From NCBI GenBank assembly GCA_964199315.1, contig OZ116710.1:19282001-19346000 (forward strand): a DNA stretch of 64,000 nt, written 5' to 3'. A program made the position numbers and the translations under genes. Origin of the DNA: Orbicella franksi (Eukaryota). The notes under the pieces were generated by a model, which ran no database searches, was not told the origin of the DNA, and worked only from the letters and a program-made list of their open reading frames with translations. Positions 1 through 13,280 of this stretch are shown in pieces (the stretch's first letter is position 1; each line of letters starts with the position of its first letter).

Positions 1-129
1 GGCATTGAAATCTCTGGAGTGAAAGGGTTAATGTGAATTTTTGACTCCTGGAAAAATCAACCTGAGCACTGGAAAAGTCCTGCAAATTTGTTTCTGAAAA
101 AGGGTACGAACCCTGGAAAAGGTCTTCAG

Positions 130-493
130 TGGATGATCGTCATCTCGCTTAGAGGCGTAAATCAATGATTCTGCTTGGTCTCACTTAAAGTATTGTTAAC
201 AAAATGCCACTATTTTTAGCTGCCAAATTAGAGCGCACTTGAAGAACTCATAGTAAAAGAAACGCTCATATTTTCGTTTTTAGGCTCGATTTCAGCCAGT
301 CTCTAGAGTCCGGTCTACTAGCCCAGGCTCCCTTCCAGAACAGGGGCTGCTAATCGAGCCTATTCCCTTTTAAGTGGTATCTTTTAGGGGTCAAATAAAG
401 CTTGAACTACGCCCAGATTGGTCTCCTTTAGGGGTTTGATTCAAAATTTCCGACGAGCATCCCCGATCTTTTCATATGGGAGTTCCCCCTGGG
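130..493. repeat. Interspersed non-autonomous repeat
   Basis: The segment at 131-190 (gatgatcgtcatctcgcttagaggcgtaaat...tcactt) recurs degenerately at about 15565-15620. It resembles a common coral repeat as I recall it; the boundaries are approximate. Confidence 0.45.
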
Positions 494-1771
494 TTTGAAG
501 TTTGGCCAAGTGAGTTTGGAGCTTGACCACGTTCGTTCAAAGTGACCGTGATCAAAAGGAAGACTCATCAGTTTTCTCATAAAACTCCACTAGATACTTC
601 AGAGCTGGCTGAACACAATTTCTTGTCACAAGCGGCGAAAAATTCAATCATACGTACTGTCTAGTATGGAAAACTGACCTTTTTGGAATTCGTTTAAGCA
701 TGTACTAATTATTACAAAACAACAATACATGTCTACTCTAAGATTCTTGAGATTGTTTTGTAGTTAGTTTCAACGATGTTTATTTAACTGAAGCTAAAGT
801 TATGAATTTAAACAGTCAGGAATTCAGTCGTTCAACAATTTGAAAATTTAAGATCTTGTAAATCTCTTCTGATTTCGATTGTTTTTCAGATGTGTTTCTG
901 TCCAGTGCGTTTGTGTATGCGGTTTTGTCTGGTAATTTTACAGAAGAAAGTTTCCGTGGAGAGACGGCTTCAAATGACATCATCATTATCATTACTGTTC
1001 ATGAATGTAACCGCAAGTACCACACAAAACACTAAAGAATAAAAACAAATTTATACTCGGAATGATGATTGCACAGTACAAGTCTGAACGAAATTACAAC
1101 TCTTCTTGGACTAAATCAGTCCTTGAGCGGTTTAAAATATCTATAAATTTATTTCAAGTGTGGTTTACGTAGCTGACGGGTTGAGAGTAAACACACCAGT
1201 ATGACACCATGCATCTTTAAAGAGTATTCAGTTTATCGACAATAACAAGCAGAGACGCCAAATGTGTCTTCTCCAATGTTTTTGGCTGATGGTTATCATC
1301 CCATATCTGTAACATTCTCTCCTACATACAACAAGAGGCATTGGTTTGTTTTTGTATCTACCGGTTCAAGTTTTCTTGGCTGGTTTCAACTATTGTTTGT
1401 CAAGTAGCTCAGTATTGGAATAACATTTAAAAGTGTGACCGGTCTCGTTTATATAGTTGAGTAAATGTTGACAGTTTACCCCGAACCTTAACCAGTAACA
1501 TTTCGAGTTACTAAAAGCAACGTATTTAAATATCGTTTCACTAGACATCTGTAAGGTTTTGATCAGACATGATATTTTCTTTGAAAATCAAAAAGATAAT
1601 CTAAATTTAGATTAACAACATACTTAAATATTTATTACATGCGTGGGTAAGCAGTATACAACAACCAGCAGCTTATTTTGCTTGGTTGTTTTTTTTTTCT
1701 AACCCCACGCATTATGCTCACTATTCGAGATATATTTAAATAACAGCTTTAGTAGTAAAGCACGGAGCAAA

Positions 1772-2293
1772 ATGGCGCAAAAGGTAAAACGTATGCATCA
1801 TTTCAGCCGGCTAGATACCATAATGGAGGCAACACAGAGAGAAGAGAGCGACAGTGGTGATTGTTTTCATTTAGAGTTGTCGCCAAAGTCTTTAAATGGG
1901 CGGGATTCTGTTGATGTTAAAGACATACAGGATTTGGAAACTTCAAGACGAACTGGAATTGTTTTATCCTCCACGCGAATCTGCAGATCTGGACAAAGGA
2001 GACACGAGCGTGCCACTACACCGCGCAATGTTCCATCAGCTGAATGTCTTTTTAGATTTAAACAAGATCACATTTCTGAAACGACCCAAAAGGACAACAA
2101 AAACGCTCGCGACCTCACACAGGTACAAATGCTCTTTCCAGAATTCTTCTCTAGTGGAGCGAGTAGTTCTTTTATTCATCAACGGAACTGGCATGAAGCT
2201 AATCATCAAAATAACACGACATTATTAAATGAAAAGGTCAAAGAAGATCCATTCATTCGGCCTTGGTTGAACTTGTTTGGACCCTGTTCCTAA
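1772..2293 (+). CDS. Family member A1, 173 aa (RLDTIME ... MLFPEFF ... DPFIRPWLNLFG)
   Basis: ATG in aaaATGG context; uninterrupted ORF; all three family motifs present in order. Confidence 0.85.
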   Translation: MAQKVKRMHHFSRLDTIMEATQREESDSGDCFHLELSPKSLNGRDSVDVKDIQDLETSRRTGIVLSSTRICRSGQRRHERATTPRNVPSAECLFRFKQDHISETTQKDNKNARDLTQVQMLFPEFFSSGASSSFIHQRNWHEANHQNNTTLLNEKVKEDPFIRPWLNLFGPCS

Positions 2294-3715
2294 ACTTGAA
2301 CTTCTTTGCTGTTTGAGCACTATGAAACTTGTCAATTGTCTAATTAGGACTCAGTATAGGTATATCTCTCAGTAGTAAAGATGGCATAAACATTTTTGGA
2401 AACTAATTAATCATTGTGGTGTAATTTTTTAAACATTGAACACAACGAATAGGTAACCGTGAGCCAGAGTCTGCGAAAGAGATTTATCACTATTCCATGA
2501 AAGATGTGTTCTGATTCCAACCGTCCACCACGAACTATGTTTTATATACTACGTAAATGTACTTGCCGTGCTTTACTTGACAAAGGAACAGGGACTAAGG
2601 GTCGACATCCGTGTTCTCGAGGTCATGATTGTTACATATTTACTACTAATAAGTAATTTCACGTTTCTGTTACACATAGAAGTTAGTTTATACTCAGTCG
2701 ATACATGTCACGAGTAGACTTGTAACAAGGGAGTGAAAAAGATAGGCTGCTGTTGTTATGAACGCGTACTGGTTGACACGATAGTCTGATAGTTTATATC
2801 AGTAGATAATTAACTTGATATCGAGAATCAAAGGACACTGTAAATAATGAGTCTCTCGTTACCAAGATATTAACAGCACTGTAAATAAATGGAATATAAA
2901 TTTCGATACAATTAGCTTTGGAACGCAGACAAACGTTCGTTTGTTGTTTCACGTCGTCGGCGGTTTCTTTCCGTCGCTGAAAAATTCAAAGGTATCATAA
3001 ACTACCTACGCATTCCACCTTAAAAGGTACCTTGTAGTACCAAAATACGTCATCACAAAATTGCTGCTAATCCAAATTCCAACCAAGCATAATTGTAAAT
3101 TCGTTGTTTTAAAAATCCCTAATTGTAAACGGTTCTTTTTTCTTTTAAACCTCCTATTAATAAGAGCCTCCCTTCCTCTGAAAAGCCAATGATGGATAAT
3201 ACAAGAAAACGTGAGTTAATAGCTATACATATGGTTCACCGCAGCTTAATGTGGTCTACCCAAATTGTGGTTAATCCACGTTACCCGGGCACACCCCTAT
3301 ATGGTATGGTTTTTCAGACGTGTTAGTCTAAAATAGGATATCAGTTCAGCTCAAATCAGTTATGACTTTTATGCCGTTAAAATATTCGGCCCTGAAACAT
3401 AACCAGTTGACATTCATTCCAGTTTTGACATGAGCAAAACGAGAGTATAAGATCCATTTTACGCGCTGCCCTCCTCGTTATAGAGTGTTTATTGCTGGCA
3501 AGAAGAAGCACGCTCCAAGGCCTAATTTGAATGCCAATTAATTAGTTTATTAAAAAATGATTCTCAACAAGGATTTTAAGTATTATATTCAGCTTACTAT
3601 GCATTTTAGTTGTCTAGATGCACCAGATTAACAACAACCGTATTAATTATTCCTTCTAGGACTGTCAGAAATGGTTTGAGACATGACTGAATGACTGTTT
3701 TTGTTGAAAAAAGCT

Positions 3716-4213
3716 TCAATTTAAAAATGCAAAGGGCTTATAACATAAGTTCAACCAAGCTCGAACAAGAGGAACTTCGTTTTCCTTCCATGTTCGATTG
3801 CTGATCATTATAGTAGTTTCCTAGTCGACAGAGATCAATGCTCTTTTTCTGGGGAAAAAATTCGAGAAAAAGCATTTCAACTTCAGCTATCGCGCAGAGC
3901 TTTCGAGCGTCCTGTGTTATTTTGATAACAGCTTCGTCGGTCGTTTTCACTTTTTCGTTTCTGAATATCAGTGAAAATTTAGCTAACGTGTTGCGAGAGG
4001 TCAGTCAACTTTTTTGAATTCTTTCTGTTTAATCCTGTTGTGTATTCGAGTGGAGGGTAAAGTAATTTTATCTCTCCTTAGATTGTTATTTCCGCATTTC
4101 CAGAATCCTGCGCTGAAAATCAAAGCACTCGGCATTGTTTCTCTTTTCCACTCTTTCATCTCCATTATGGCTTCAAGGCGGCTGAAACGCAAACCTTTTG
4201 CTCTATTTGCCAT
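3716..4213 (-). pseudogene. Family member A2-psi, two compensating frameshifts
   Basis: The N-terminus RLEAIME and the C-terminal EVPLVRAWLNL share one frame (4213 to 3757 = 152 codons). The middle (TSRN...VEMLFLEFF) lies in a shifted frame. The main frame has stops at 4001-4003, 3983-3985 and 3821-3823. Confidence 0.75.
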
Positions 4214-4589
4214 TTAGCTTAGTCAACCGCTGTAAACACAAGTTCTTTTACTGAAAATCGGTAAGATTCTAATTCTTCCAAGACTGTCAATGCTGCTATA
4301 TCTCAGCCTAGCGTTCCTGTTTTTTTCTTCAAAAAATGATATACAACCCATTTTATGTTTGAAATAAATGTCACTTCCAATAGTAAAAATATAGTGGCTG
4401 ATTACACGAGGCGTCGCAGATGTTATTGGAATGAAGTCATCCAGTTGTTATGGTAGGGTTGAAGAACAGCTAAACAAGCTCATCAATATTTACTCTGCGG
4501 TAAACCGCGACCACTTTGCAGTTACGCACATGATCTGAAATTAAAAAATATCCAAAAAAAAAATACGCGCACTGATTGGGTAAAAACCG

Positions 4590-4755
4590 TGTTGTTATAA
4601 CTCGATAGAAACACAGAACTAGCACAAGTGTTGACGTATGATGGCGCGAGCAAAGAGATTTTCATTTTGATGATCAAAGTAAACAAGTTGTTTTCTTTTT
4701 TCGTGGCGTTATTTACTAAAAGAAACAGATAACATGTTCTCCGTGTTTCTATCTA
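4590..4755. repeat. Interspersed repeat, related to 47660-47810
   Basis: Shares ataactcgatagaaacac / gtgtttc(t/c)atcgagttat and aacatgt..ccgtgtttc motifs with 47690-47730. Confidence 0.5.
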
Positions 4756-7700
4756 TCTTTTAATTCTTTATCGTACATGAATTTATCATCCTTACCAACT
4801 TCAAGCTGGGAACAGAGAAACCGTTTCCCTCTTTGCTGTAGGTGACAAGCAGCTGAGGAGGATAATTTATGTATGAACAAAAAATATAAAATATGAAGCG
4901 TTCAAGGCACTATATAATGGTTTTACTTGAAAGACGTTTACGCTAGATAGTTATAAAACAACAAACTAGTCGGATTATAAGGTAAAAACTGGCTGCGGTA
5001 TTAATAACTAACATGTAGTCATGTCTAATGTAGGGGCTAGTTTTCGCTTGAAACCTTAGGGGCCGAGCGATGCGCCATTTTCATGGCAGAGGGAAAACGC
5101 CGTACTTCAAATACTGAAAGGCTATCGCTAATAGCAAATTTACACGATGTCGTTATTTGACTGCAGCTACCAGACTCCATTTCGTTTTCCCCTTATTATG
5201 TAATTTTGAAGTCACAGTGGGGTTTAAACCACAATTGCCCTAATCCCCCTCAGGAAAAAAGATGACGACTGGTACTACCCATAACTCTTAGCGCACGAAA
5301 ACTTAAACAACGCTCATAAAAACGTACAGAAAAATTCTTTCAAACCTAGCATACACAATTTCGCTAGCACAGGGAAAAATATCGAAAAATATGACTTTCC
5401 TTGTACTTTATGGGCTGTGTAAGGCTCGCATGGTAATGTGGTAAAATGTACAGCCGGCATCTTTTTTCCCGCAGAGGATTAGCATGAAATTCAAGGATTC
5501 TGGTAGTTGTAATCACATGACGCAATCGTGCAATTCGCCTATTCTAAACTATATCTCGTGCTTGTTTAGTGCTCGGAGGAACAGTCATTATATATTCAAA
5601 GGGTTGCCGTAAATATTTAAAGGAACGACACATTGCACGGTGAAATTGTCTCCTAATAGGTCGTGACGCGATTTTGTAGTCATCCGATAGACTACTTAAC
5701 GATTTTGTCATTACAGTGAATTTCTTCTTTTAAGATTGCAACTTTCTTCCCATGGTTTTAAAATCCTTTTTGTTTCGTCTAACAACGCGGCCGACCAGAT
5801 TCGGACCAAAGGGACTGGGACTATGACACTTGAGTTGATGACGTAAAGTACGTCATCATCAGATACGCGGAGGGACTTGACATAACAATTAGGGGGACAT
5901 TTTGCATGGAAACAGCTGCAGTTAAAAGCCCACTACACGTCGGGCTGAGGAGTGATAAAGAATAACTAAAGGCATCTTACGGAAGTCATGAACGCAATTT
6001 GCTTTAATGCCATGCGAATCAAAATTATCTTGCGAGCTTCTCTGAAAGGCCTTTTTTGAAATTTTGAGCCAAAGGTTTTTATTTTTAGATTGCTTTTCTC
6101 ATCGTTACGTTTTTGAGCTGTCCAGTTTGTGGGTTAGCCGTGTACCGATTTTGATGTGAGTCTTTGCTCGTACGGCAAACTTTGTCAAAAATGTTTTTTT
6201 TTTTAAATAGAAAATGATTTTGATATTTGAAGTCGCGCTGTAACTAGGTACTGCGAGATGTTCACCCTGATATCTTTTAGTCCATAAGAAAGAACTATAT
6301 TTTTTAAAAGGCTCTTTCTGCTAGTTTTTATTTTTATATCTGAAATACTTCCATTTTTGCTTTTGCACATTTAGGGTTTCTGGAGTGTCAGTCATTATGT
6401 GGATTTTCGCCGTTTTCTCGAGTATTCGTCTTCGTTAAAATTCAGTTTAGCCCATTTCTCAGCTTACAGTAAATTTTATGGATATCAGATCTCAGCTGAC
6501 AGTTGAAGAAAGCGTAATTTCGCAGCAGACACTTAAAAAGTTTGTCTAATTCTCGGTTATTATGCAGGCCCTCGCATTATGCTTTTGCTTCCTACAATGC
6601 TAAAGTGATCGGTCTACCCGAAAAAGGTCAGTAGTACTCTCGCTCACGATAAAAATGTATTAATTCTCACATTTTTAACAGGCTAGGTTGTTGACTCAGA
6701 CAAATGTTTCAACGTACAAGTAATACAAATCGACTGACGATGAAGATGAGCTTATTACTATCGCGCGTTGTAACTCTTCAAACCAAAAACCGGTGATCTT
6801 CATTCAGGTATTAGGGCTTAGTTTCTTGGCTTTGGATTTTTAAAATGTTTGAGCATCAATATTTTTTCAACTTCCTTCTTCTGTGAATAGAATTTCCAGC
6901 AAAACGCCATCAAAATGCTCGAATAATGCTTAATGGTTGTGCCTGATTAAAATGCTCGACAAAATGCTAGCCTGATGCACAAGAGCCTATCACGTTGTCG
7001 TATAAGAGATAAATTACTTCAATACGACCGAGTATAATGGGCAAGGCCTCTGTAGGGGATGTTAAACAGCAATGTTACATCCTCCTTTCGCAGTAAGCAC
7101 ATGATACAGGAATAAAACAGAGTTAAATTCATTATGTACTTGCACAAAATGTAAATTTGTCCGGCTTCACTTAAGTAATTCAACAACCTCCGGTTTAATG
7201 ATCTAATTTCTCTGCGGGGGCTAAAATATAATTATTGTCCCTTCCTACCAACGCAATAAGAAAACGATGGAGGAATAGAGTAGTGTGCAATTATGTACTC
7301 GCGTAAGATATTAAAAAAAATCAAATTACATCTCTGGGACTCTCTGTCAAGGTCAAGTTCCCGATGTTCTGATAAGAACTCGAGAAAGATGTCAGAAAGA
7401 AACGTTGTATCGCTTCTAGTTTAGCTACAGAGGGGAAGCTTTCTAGCTGGCCACTGCTAGCTCAAAACAGTCGTGTGGGACCGACTCTGATGCTGTCCTA
7501 AAAGAGATAAAGGAAAATACAAAATGTAAGAAGTTGACAAATTTTACCAGAAAAGAAGTTGTTTCTCAGTGTGCAACAGGAAAAGGGCAGAGCTGTCGAA
7601 GCTGATCAATGTGTTAAACATCACATGTTTTCTTCTTATCGCTATAATTAAAACAGTGAAATGTTCTGCAGAACATTCGAGTGGCATCTAATGCAAATAA

Positions 7701-8294
7701 GGCACTACTGTTTTGACAACTTACGGCTGTATCCTCCTTTATGCGACCGACAGTTTTTGTTATCTTGATTTCTTTTTCATGCACCCTACTGTTCCTTATG
7801 CCACCTTTATTGACTACCATGGAACCCAGCAGTGCCCAATCAATTACTAGCTCAAAATGATGCTTAATTTGAAAAAAAAAGTTGAACGAGAATCGAAAAC
7901 TTGTAGGCGCGACATTTCCGAATCGAGTATCACTTTTTTTCCAATTTACGGCACCTTTAAAACTTCGAAGGAGAGACGCGCACAATTTTACGTCTTTTTT
8001 AATGATAACAAATGACGGAAAGTCGGAAAATGTAAAAGATATAAATATATCCTTAGGTTAACATGGATGTCTTGTGACCTAAAAAGGTATTTAGTATTCT
8101 GGTGTCAGAAACAGCTTGACATTTAATGAAAATAGTCAAGATACTGGAAATACTACAATTTTATCGAACGTCATCACAAGATCGTAGCTTCAGTACAGGA
8201 AACTGCAAAGGCAGGTTGTTTAGAATTCATCACACTAGTCTTCACCAGATTGCGCCAAGTTGTGCTTGCTCTTGCGCAAAGAACAGTTTAACAT

Positions 8295-8536
8295 TAAGAT
8301 TGTAGCCGGACGCACTTTGACTGAATAACATTCTTGCCTGCGTTTCAGCTCAAGATTCGCTTGAACTCACGCTCCACACTTTTTTTGAGTTAAACATAAA
8401 TGAGAACTTGAATTAGCGTCCAGACTCTTATCAATTTCACTTTGCTTACGCCATTAACGGTAAGACTGTAGCCGGGCACACGTTGACTGAACAACATTCT
8501 TGCCTGAGTTTCAGCTCAAGATTCGCTTGAACTCAC
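8295..8536 (+). repeat. Pair of about 76-bp direct repeats (8295-8370, 8461-8536)
   Basis: Both copies read taaga(t/c)tgtagccgg...cattcttgcctg(c/a)gtttcagctcaagattcgcttgaactcac. Confidence 0.85.
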
Positions 8537-10292
8537 ATTAACTCGTCTAAGTTAATATTTTATTTTATATAGATAGCGTTACTTTATTTTGATTTTAATT
8601 TTCTCGGAGATACTAGCCTATTTTGGCTACTCAAAATCTGAGATGAAATAAAGTTTTATGTATGTGTGCATGTATGCATGTATGTACGCCACCTTCGAAT
8701 ATCTTAGCTGTGCTTTTAATTCCACGTGTTTCTGTAAATATCTGTTCTCCATCACGTTTTTTCCTTGTTTTTTCTTCTTTCACGACGGAAATTACTGGGT
8801 AAATGTTCTTCTCATGGTTTACATTGCTATTTGAAAACCATTAAGGTTGTCTGTTGACTTAAGGTTCGTCTTTCTGTCTAGTCCTTTATAATTTAACCAC
8901 ACTGCGTAAACAGGGCGGCCCGACTGACAACAGTGCTTCTGTTTCGCGAGAGAAATAGCCCAGTTGCTGTCGGCGAGTCACCAAAAAGTTAACCAGAAAT
9001 TTTACAGATTCGCTAAAATTTTGTCGGACTACGGGAAATACCTAAGATACCCAACTTATACGACATTTAAAAGCGACACGATTATTTTACTAAGAAATAC
9101 CAGTTTGTAAATTAAAATAACGTGTGTATTTAGAGCTGTGTTAAATAAGTCAACGATTCTGACGATAGTTGTTATATATATCACATAAAGTTAAACCCGA
9201 AATTTATTGATTTATCGACCTTACATCAGATAGCAGGGAATACCTGAAATAGCTAACCAATATGTCTTGGAAATACGATAAAATAACCTTAAGAAACACC
9301 AGTAGGTAAATAATGTGTATGTTTAAAGCCATTTTAATGCAGTCAGTGACTCTATTTGTCACACACCTCACTGGCATTTTCATTTCAAAGGTTCCGCAAA
9401 CTTAATAAAAAATCAAACCGGATTAGCTTTTGCTTGCGGGAAGCTTTTATCAATATCACGGAATCAAAATAACTGCAAGCCCTTTTTTCTCTTTAAAAAA
9501 AATGGTGTCTGACACTTATTTATTTTCATAGCAATATATTTTCAAACCACTATTGCTGTTTAGGTTTTTCACCCTTTATTTCTTTAAGTAAATGTCTTCG
9601 ATAACTACAATTATAGTGCCGCCAGTGTCAATAGTCATCGTTAGAATTAATGGTGTGTAGGCGTACAGAAAAAGAGCAGACTATGCAGCTTGCAAGCACT
9701 TTTGCGCTGAATTCGAAACATAAAAACATATTATAGGCGAGAAATATTATACAAAACTTGTTTATTCGTTTTGCCACACAACACAATCTGTTTTTAAAAC
9801 ATACTTACTGAAGGATTAAACACTGGTCGTAGATGGAGCATTTATCTTTAAGTGTTATTTTTCACACTATATTTTTTCTTAAATGATCGGAAGTAAAGAA
9901 AGTGTCTTAATTTTTCTAAAACACGTGTTTCTACTTAGGGAATATCCTTGAAACTTTTAGGGCGGAGACCTACACTTACTGCTTTAAAAAACAACATTTC
10001 CAAGAGAAATTAATTAAGGAGTTCTTATTTATATATTAAGTAATCTAAATCTATGACCCTAGGACTTATAACTCGCTTAGATGATGAGCGCGGGGTTCTA
10101 AAGGCCTAACAAAAATATGGAAGATTCCCTGTTCGGCTTTTTTCAGTTGTACGGTATCGGAAAGAATGTTAACAATCGTTTTGTTTTGTCTTCTTTATCC
10201 GCAATTTTTGACCGATGAAAAGCCAAGCTATTTCTTTATTGTTCCTTTTCACAACGAACATCCGTACGTTCATAAATGCGCGCACTGCATGT

Positions 10293-10670
10293 CTAATCAC
10301 TTGAGCCACCTCCATACAAGTTCAACCATGACTGAATAAGTGGATCGTTGGGTGTTTGCTCAAGCTTGCCATTTCTATAAGTCTTGACCTTGTGGCTTTC
10401 CACAAAAACCGTGTTACTGCAACTTGTAAAAAACTCTGGAAAAAGTCGCTCCACTTGATTCTGCAGTTGCCCGTTGGCTGTATGAAGCTCATATCGATGG
10501 GTCTCGCGTGACGCGTGAAATGTAAACTGGCTCACTTTGCCTGTTAGGTGTGCCATATCACCTTCACATGTTTCGCCGCTTGTGCTCGCTTTTAAGGTCT
10601 TACTCGTGCTTTGTAAAATGGTCTTCATTCTGCTTATACCTAAGGTTTCAAATGAAAAATTATCTGCCAT
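10293..10670 (-). CDS. Family member A3, 125 aa (SRMKTILQ ... RLFPEFF ... DPLIQSWLNLYG)
   Basis: The track start at 10676 is TTG; the first ATG is at 10670. Central and C-terminal motifs are intact, with TATAAATA about 90 bp upstream. Confidence 0.85.
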   Translation of the reverse strand: MADNFSFETLGISRMKTILQSTSKTLKASTSGETCEGDMAHLTGKVSQFTFHASRETHRYELHTANGQLQNQVERLFPEFFTSCSNTVFVESHKVKTYRNGKLEQTPNDPLIQSWLNLYGGGSSD

Positions 10671-10759
10671 CGTCAAAATCGATTTTAGAACTATATTACG
10701 GTTCTCAATGGGTACAGCGAGCTTCTTACTTTACGAGCTCAAGTTGCAGTGAGAAGAAA

Positions 10760-10767
10760 TATTTATA
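10760..10767 (-). promoter_or_regulatory. TATA box candidate for A3
   Basis: TATAAATA on the minus strand, about 90 bp upstream of the ATG. Confidence 0.5.
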
Positions 10768-12702
10768 CTAGTCTATGTTCTATCACTGTGTATAGAAGGA
10801 AAAGCAGGGAGACAGTGACACCAGGGAAATTAGAAGTTTTGGAAACTAAAACTAGATACAGTAGGGATATCTACCTTGCAGACTTGTGAAATGTGCTGCC
10901 AACAGCGTGTTGATGGATGTTGCTTAGTGCTTGAACAACAAGCGTGTTTTATTTCTACTGAGCGGCAGAGAAGCTATCTAGTTGCCATCAATTCAATCTG
11001 TCATCCAAACAGGTGGCTTGGCCGCTGGCTATGCAAAATCAATCCACAATGCAATATTTTAACGTGACAAATGAACAAAACGCGATATTTGCGTGTGACT
11101 GCCACGTGCGGATAGGGACTAATGATGAAGTGAAGCATTTATTTGACCGGCTTTCTTTTTTTACATGTGATCCAACAGTGTGTTGTTTTTCAAAGTTGGA
11201 TTTCAGTGAGAGCAGAGAACTAATATCCGTTATGGACTTCGAATCCCTCAGTCCGTACGTTTTTAATTATACTGAAGCCTGCCATCGTATTTGTTCTTCA
11301 GTGTTAGCTGTCAAGTTCACTGTCAGCCAAGTCTATGTTTATCATTCATGCATTAAGCAATTTTGCCCATCTGATATATCGAAATTTTTGTTTTCGCTTG
11401 TACATGGTATATTTAGACACAGCATGCGATTTACACTCAGTTTATTTCTGGACACTTACGATCTCAAAAAAAAGTTCTACATCTTCTCTGTCTTCTGAGA
11501 TAAACGCGAATAAGTGGTTCAGAAAGAAAACACCTCAGAAAGTTCATTTTACGAAGCGGGAGTAAAACCCTTCAACTACGAGAATCTCTAGTGGAGAGTT
11601 AAGACACGTGAAAGTGACAGAGCGCCCCTAAATAAAACGTGAGTTCAACATCGATATACACCTGTCGCGCGAGGACATCCTCGTGCAGCCAAGAATCTTT
11701 GGCCCTTTCACATTTCATTTTACACGCTGCAATTGATACAAGTTTGGTGAAAGATATACGGTCAAAAAGGGCGTGAATCTGTTACCTCCTAGAAAGGCTG
11801 GACAATCCGCCGATTCAGTCACGACTTAACCTGCTTTGGCAGCGGCTAAAGAGAGTAGACAATGCAAATTCATTTATCAGCTTAATTTCACAATGGTTGT
11901 AAATTGCAAGACGGAACAATTAAGGAATGGCATTATTGCTTTAAACGTGGCCAGAAGGGATTGTCAAATAAATGGCGACAGAAGGCTTCCAGATCTGTAT
12001 TTTGTTTCCAGGTATCCACAGTAATCGGGAACGAAATTGTAAACTCATTCTGAAAATATCGATATGTAAATGATCTGAAAATTAATATAGGTTTACTTCC
12101 TGCGATCAGGTATTGATGAAGGAAAAACGAAGAATATTATATGTTAATAAATTATGTATTTGAGAATTGGCTACGAATTGGCCCTGATGTACATACTAAT
12201 CTTTTCTGATGAAATACGTATAATAAAATAACTAAAACAGCACCGGCCTTTACTTGTGAGCGCGCTGAAAAAGTCACATTGAGATATTTGTGCTTATACT
12301 GTATCTGATTTCTAATCTCAGTTACAACATCACGCGTCACTCTTTCCGTGTATATTAATACAGCATTCAGCTCGATCTACACTCGCTACAGTAGAAATTC
12401 TATCTAATCTTGTATGCTTTTTAACCCGTGAATTGCATAAACAAGTTACGGGCTGTATTGGAGGAGGATCAGATTGTGCTACTGAAGGGCTGGTTGATTA
12501 TCTGCTACCTTTTCGCAACTCCGCTGTTTTGCGGGCGCATATATCGTTTGAAATCTCTAGTGCAGCGCTAAACATGGAACCGTTCGTTCAAATTACTCAA
12601 TTTAAGGTGGCTTACTACAGTTTTGATGGGTTATAACAGCCCAACTTTTAACTCTTTTAAAAATATTCTATGATGTTTTTCCTTTCTCTATTTACTGTTT
12701 GC

Positions 12703-13280
12703 TTAAGGTGGTTCCATAGAGTAATCATTTATCGGGTTGCGCGCGCTAGTGTTATGTTTTGACTGCTGTTTTTGCATTCGTTTTTACACCCAGTCCTCTC
12801 AAACTTATCAAATGTAATAAGCAATAATGAAATAATGTTTTAATTACTGCCATCTCTGTTAAAATTATGGCCTTTAGTTTAGAATTATAATGCCCAAACA
12901 TGTGCGTTTTTTACCGTTTTTATGTCTTTATTTGTGATTTTCTCGAATTTCCTTCGCTGAAATCTTCCAAAGTTCTCATAGTACGTTGAATCCGGTGGGA
13001 TACGAATTTTACAACACGAATAAAGTAGGGTTTGTAAAGGTTGTTTTTCCGATTTTTGCAAATTTATGTCTTTTACCGCTTCTGAAAATCTTGTCAGATC
13101 GATTTCTCTAAAAAACGAGCTCCAACTAAAGTAAAATAGTTATTACCAGTATGTCAAATTTTACGGAATTTCACCGAAGGAAACGCGAGAAAATTCACTG
13201 TTAGTGTTACCTTTTGTGCTTATGTTGACGTCATAAAATATCGAAAACCACGCTGCGGAGTGGGTTCAGAGCCACCTTAA
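12703..13280. mobile_element. Possible TTAA-flanked non-autonomous DNA transposon (Kolobok-like ends)
   Basis: TTAA-GGTGGTTC at the left end and GAGCCACC-TTAA at the right (8-bp inverted ends, 1 mismatch). The same end motif TTAA-GGTGGCTC recurs at 25430-25441. Confidence 0.4.

Noticed and set aside
1896-2228. 110-aa ORF overlapping A1 in another frame
   Set aside because: It is a shadow frame of a real gene with no motifs. The same applies to the antisense or off-frame ORFs over A3, A4, A5, A6, A7, A8, C1, C2 and the B genes.
2255-2285. LIR/AIM reading of the WLNL/WLDL/WLHL termini
   Set aside because: It fits only the left-hand subfamily; WLEF, WMMY and WYKC do not match, and the conserved FG is left unexplained.
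11013-11498. 161-codon ORF divergent from A3
   Set aside because: No family motifs and a Phe/Cys/Ser-rich composition typical of non-coding AT-rich DNA; nothing recognisable. A BLASTP would settle it.
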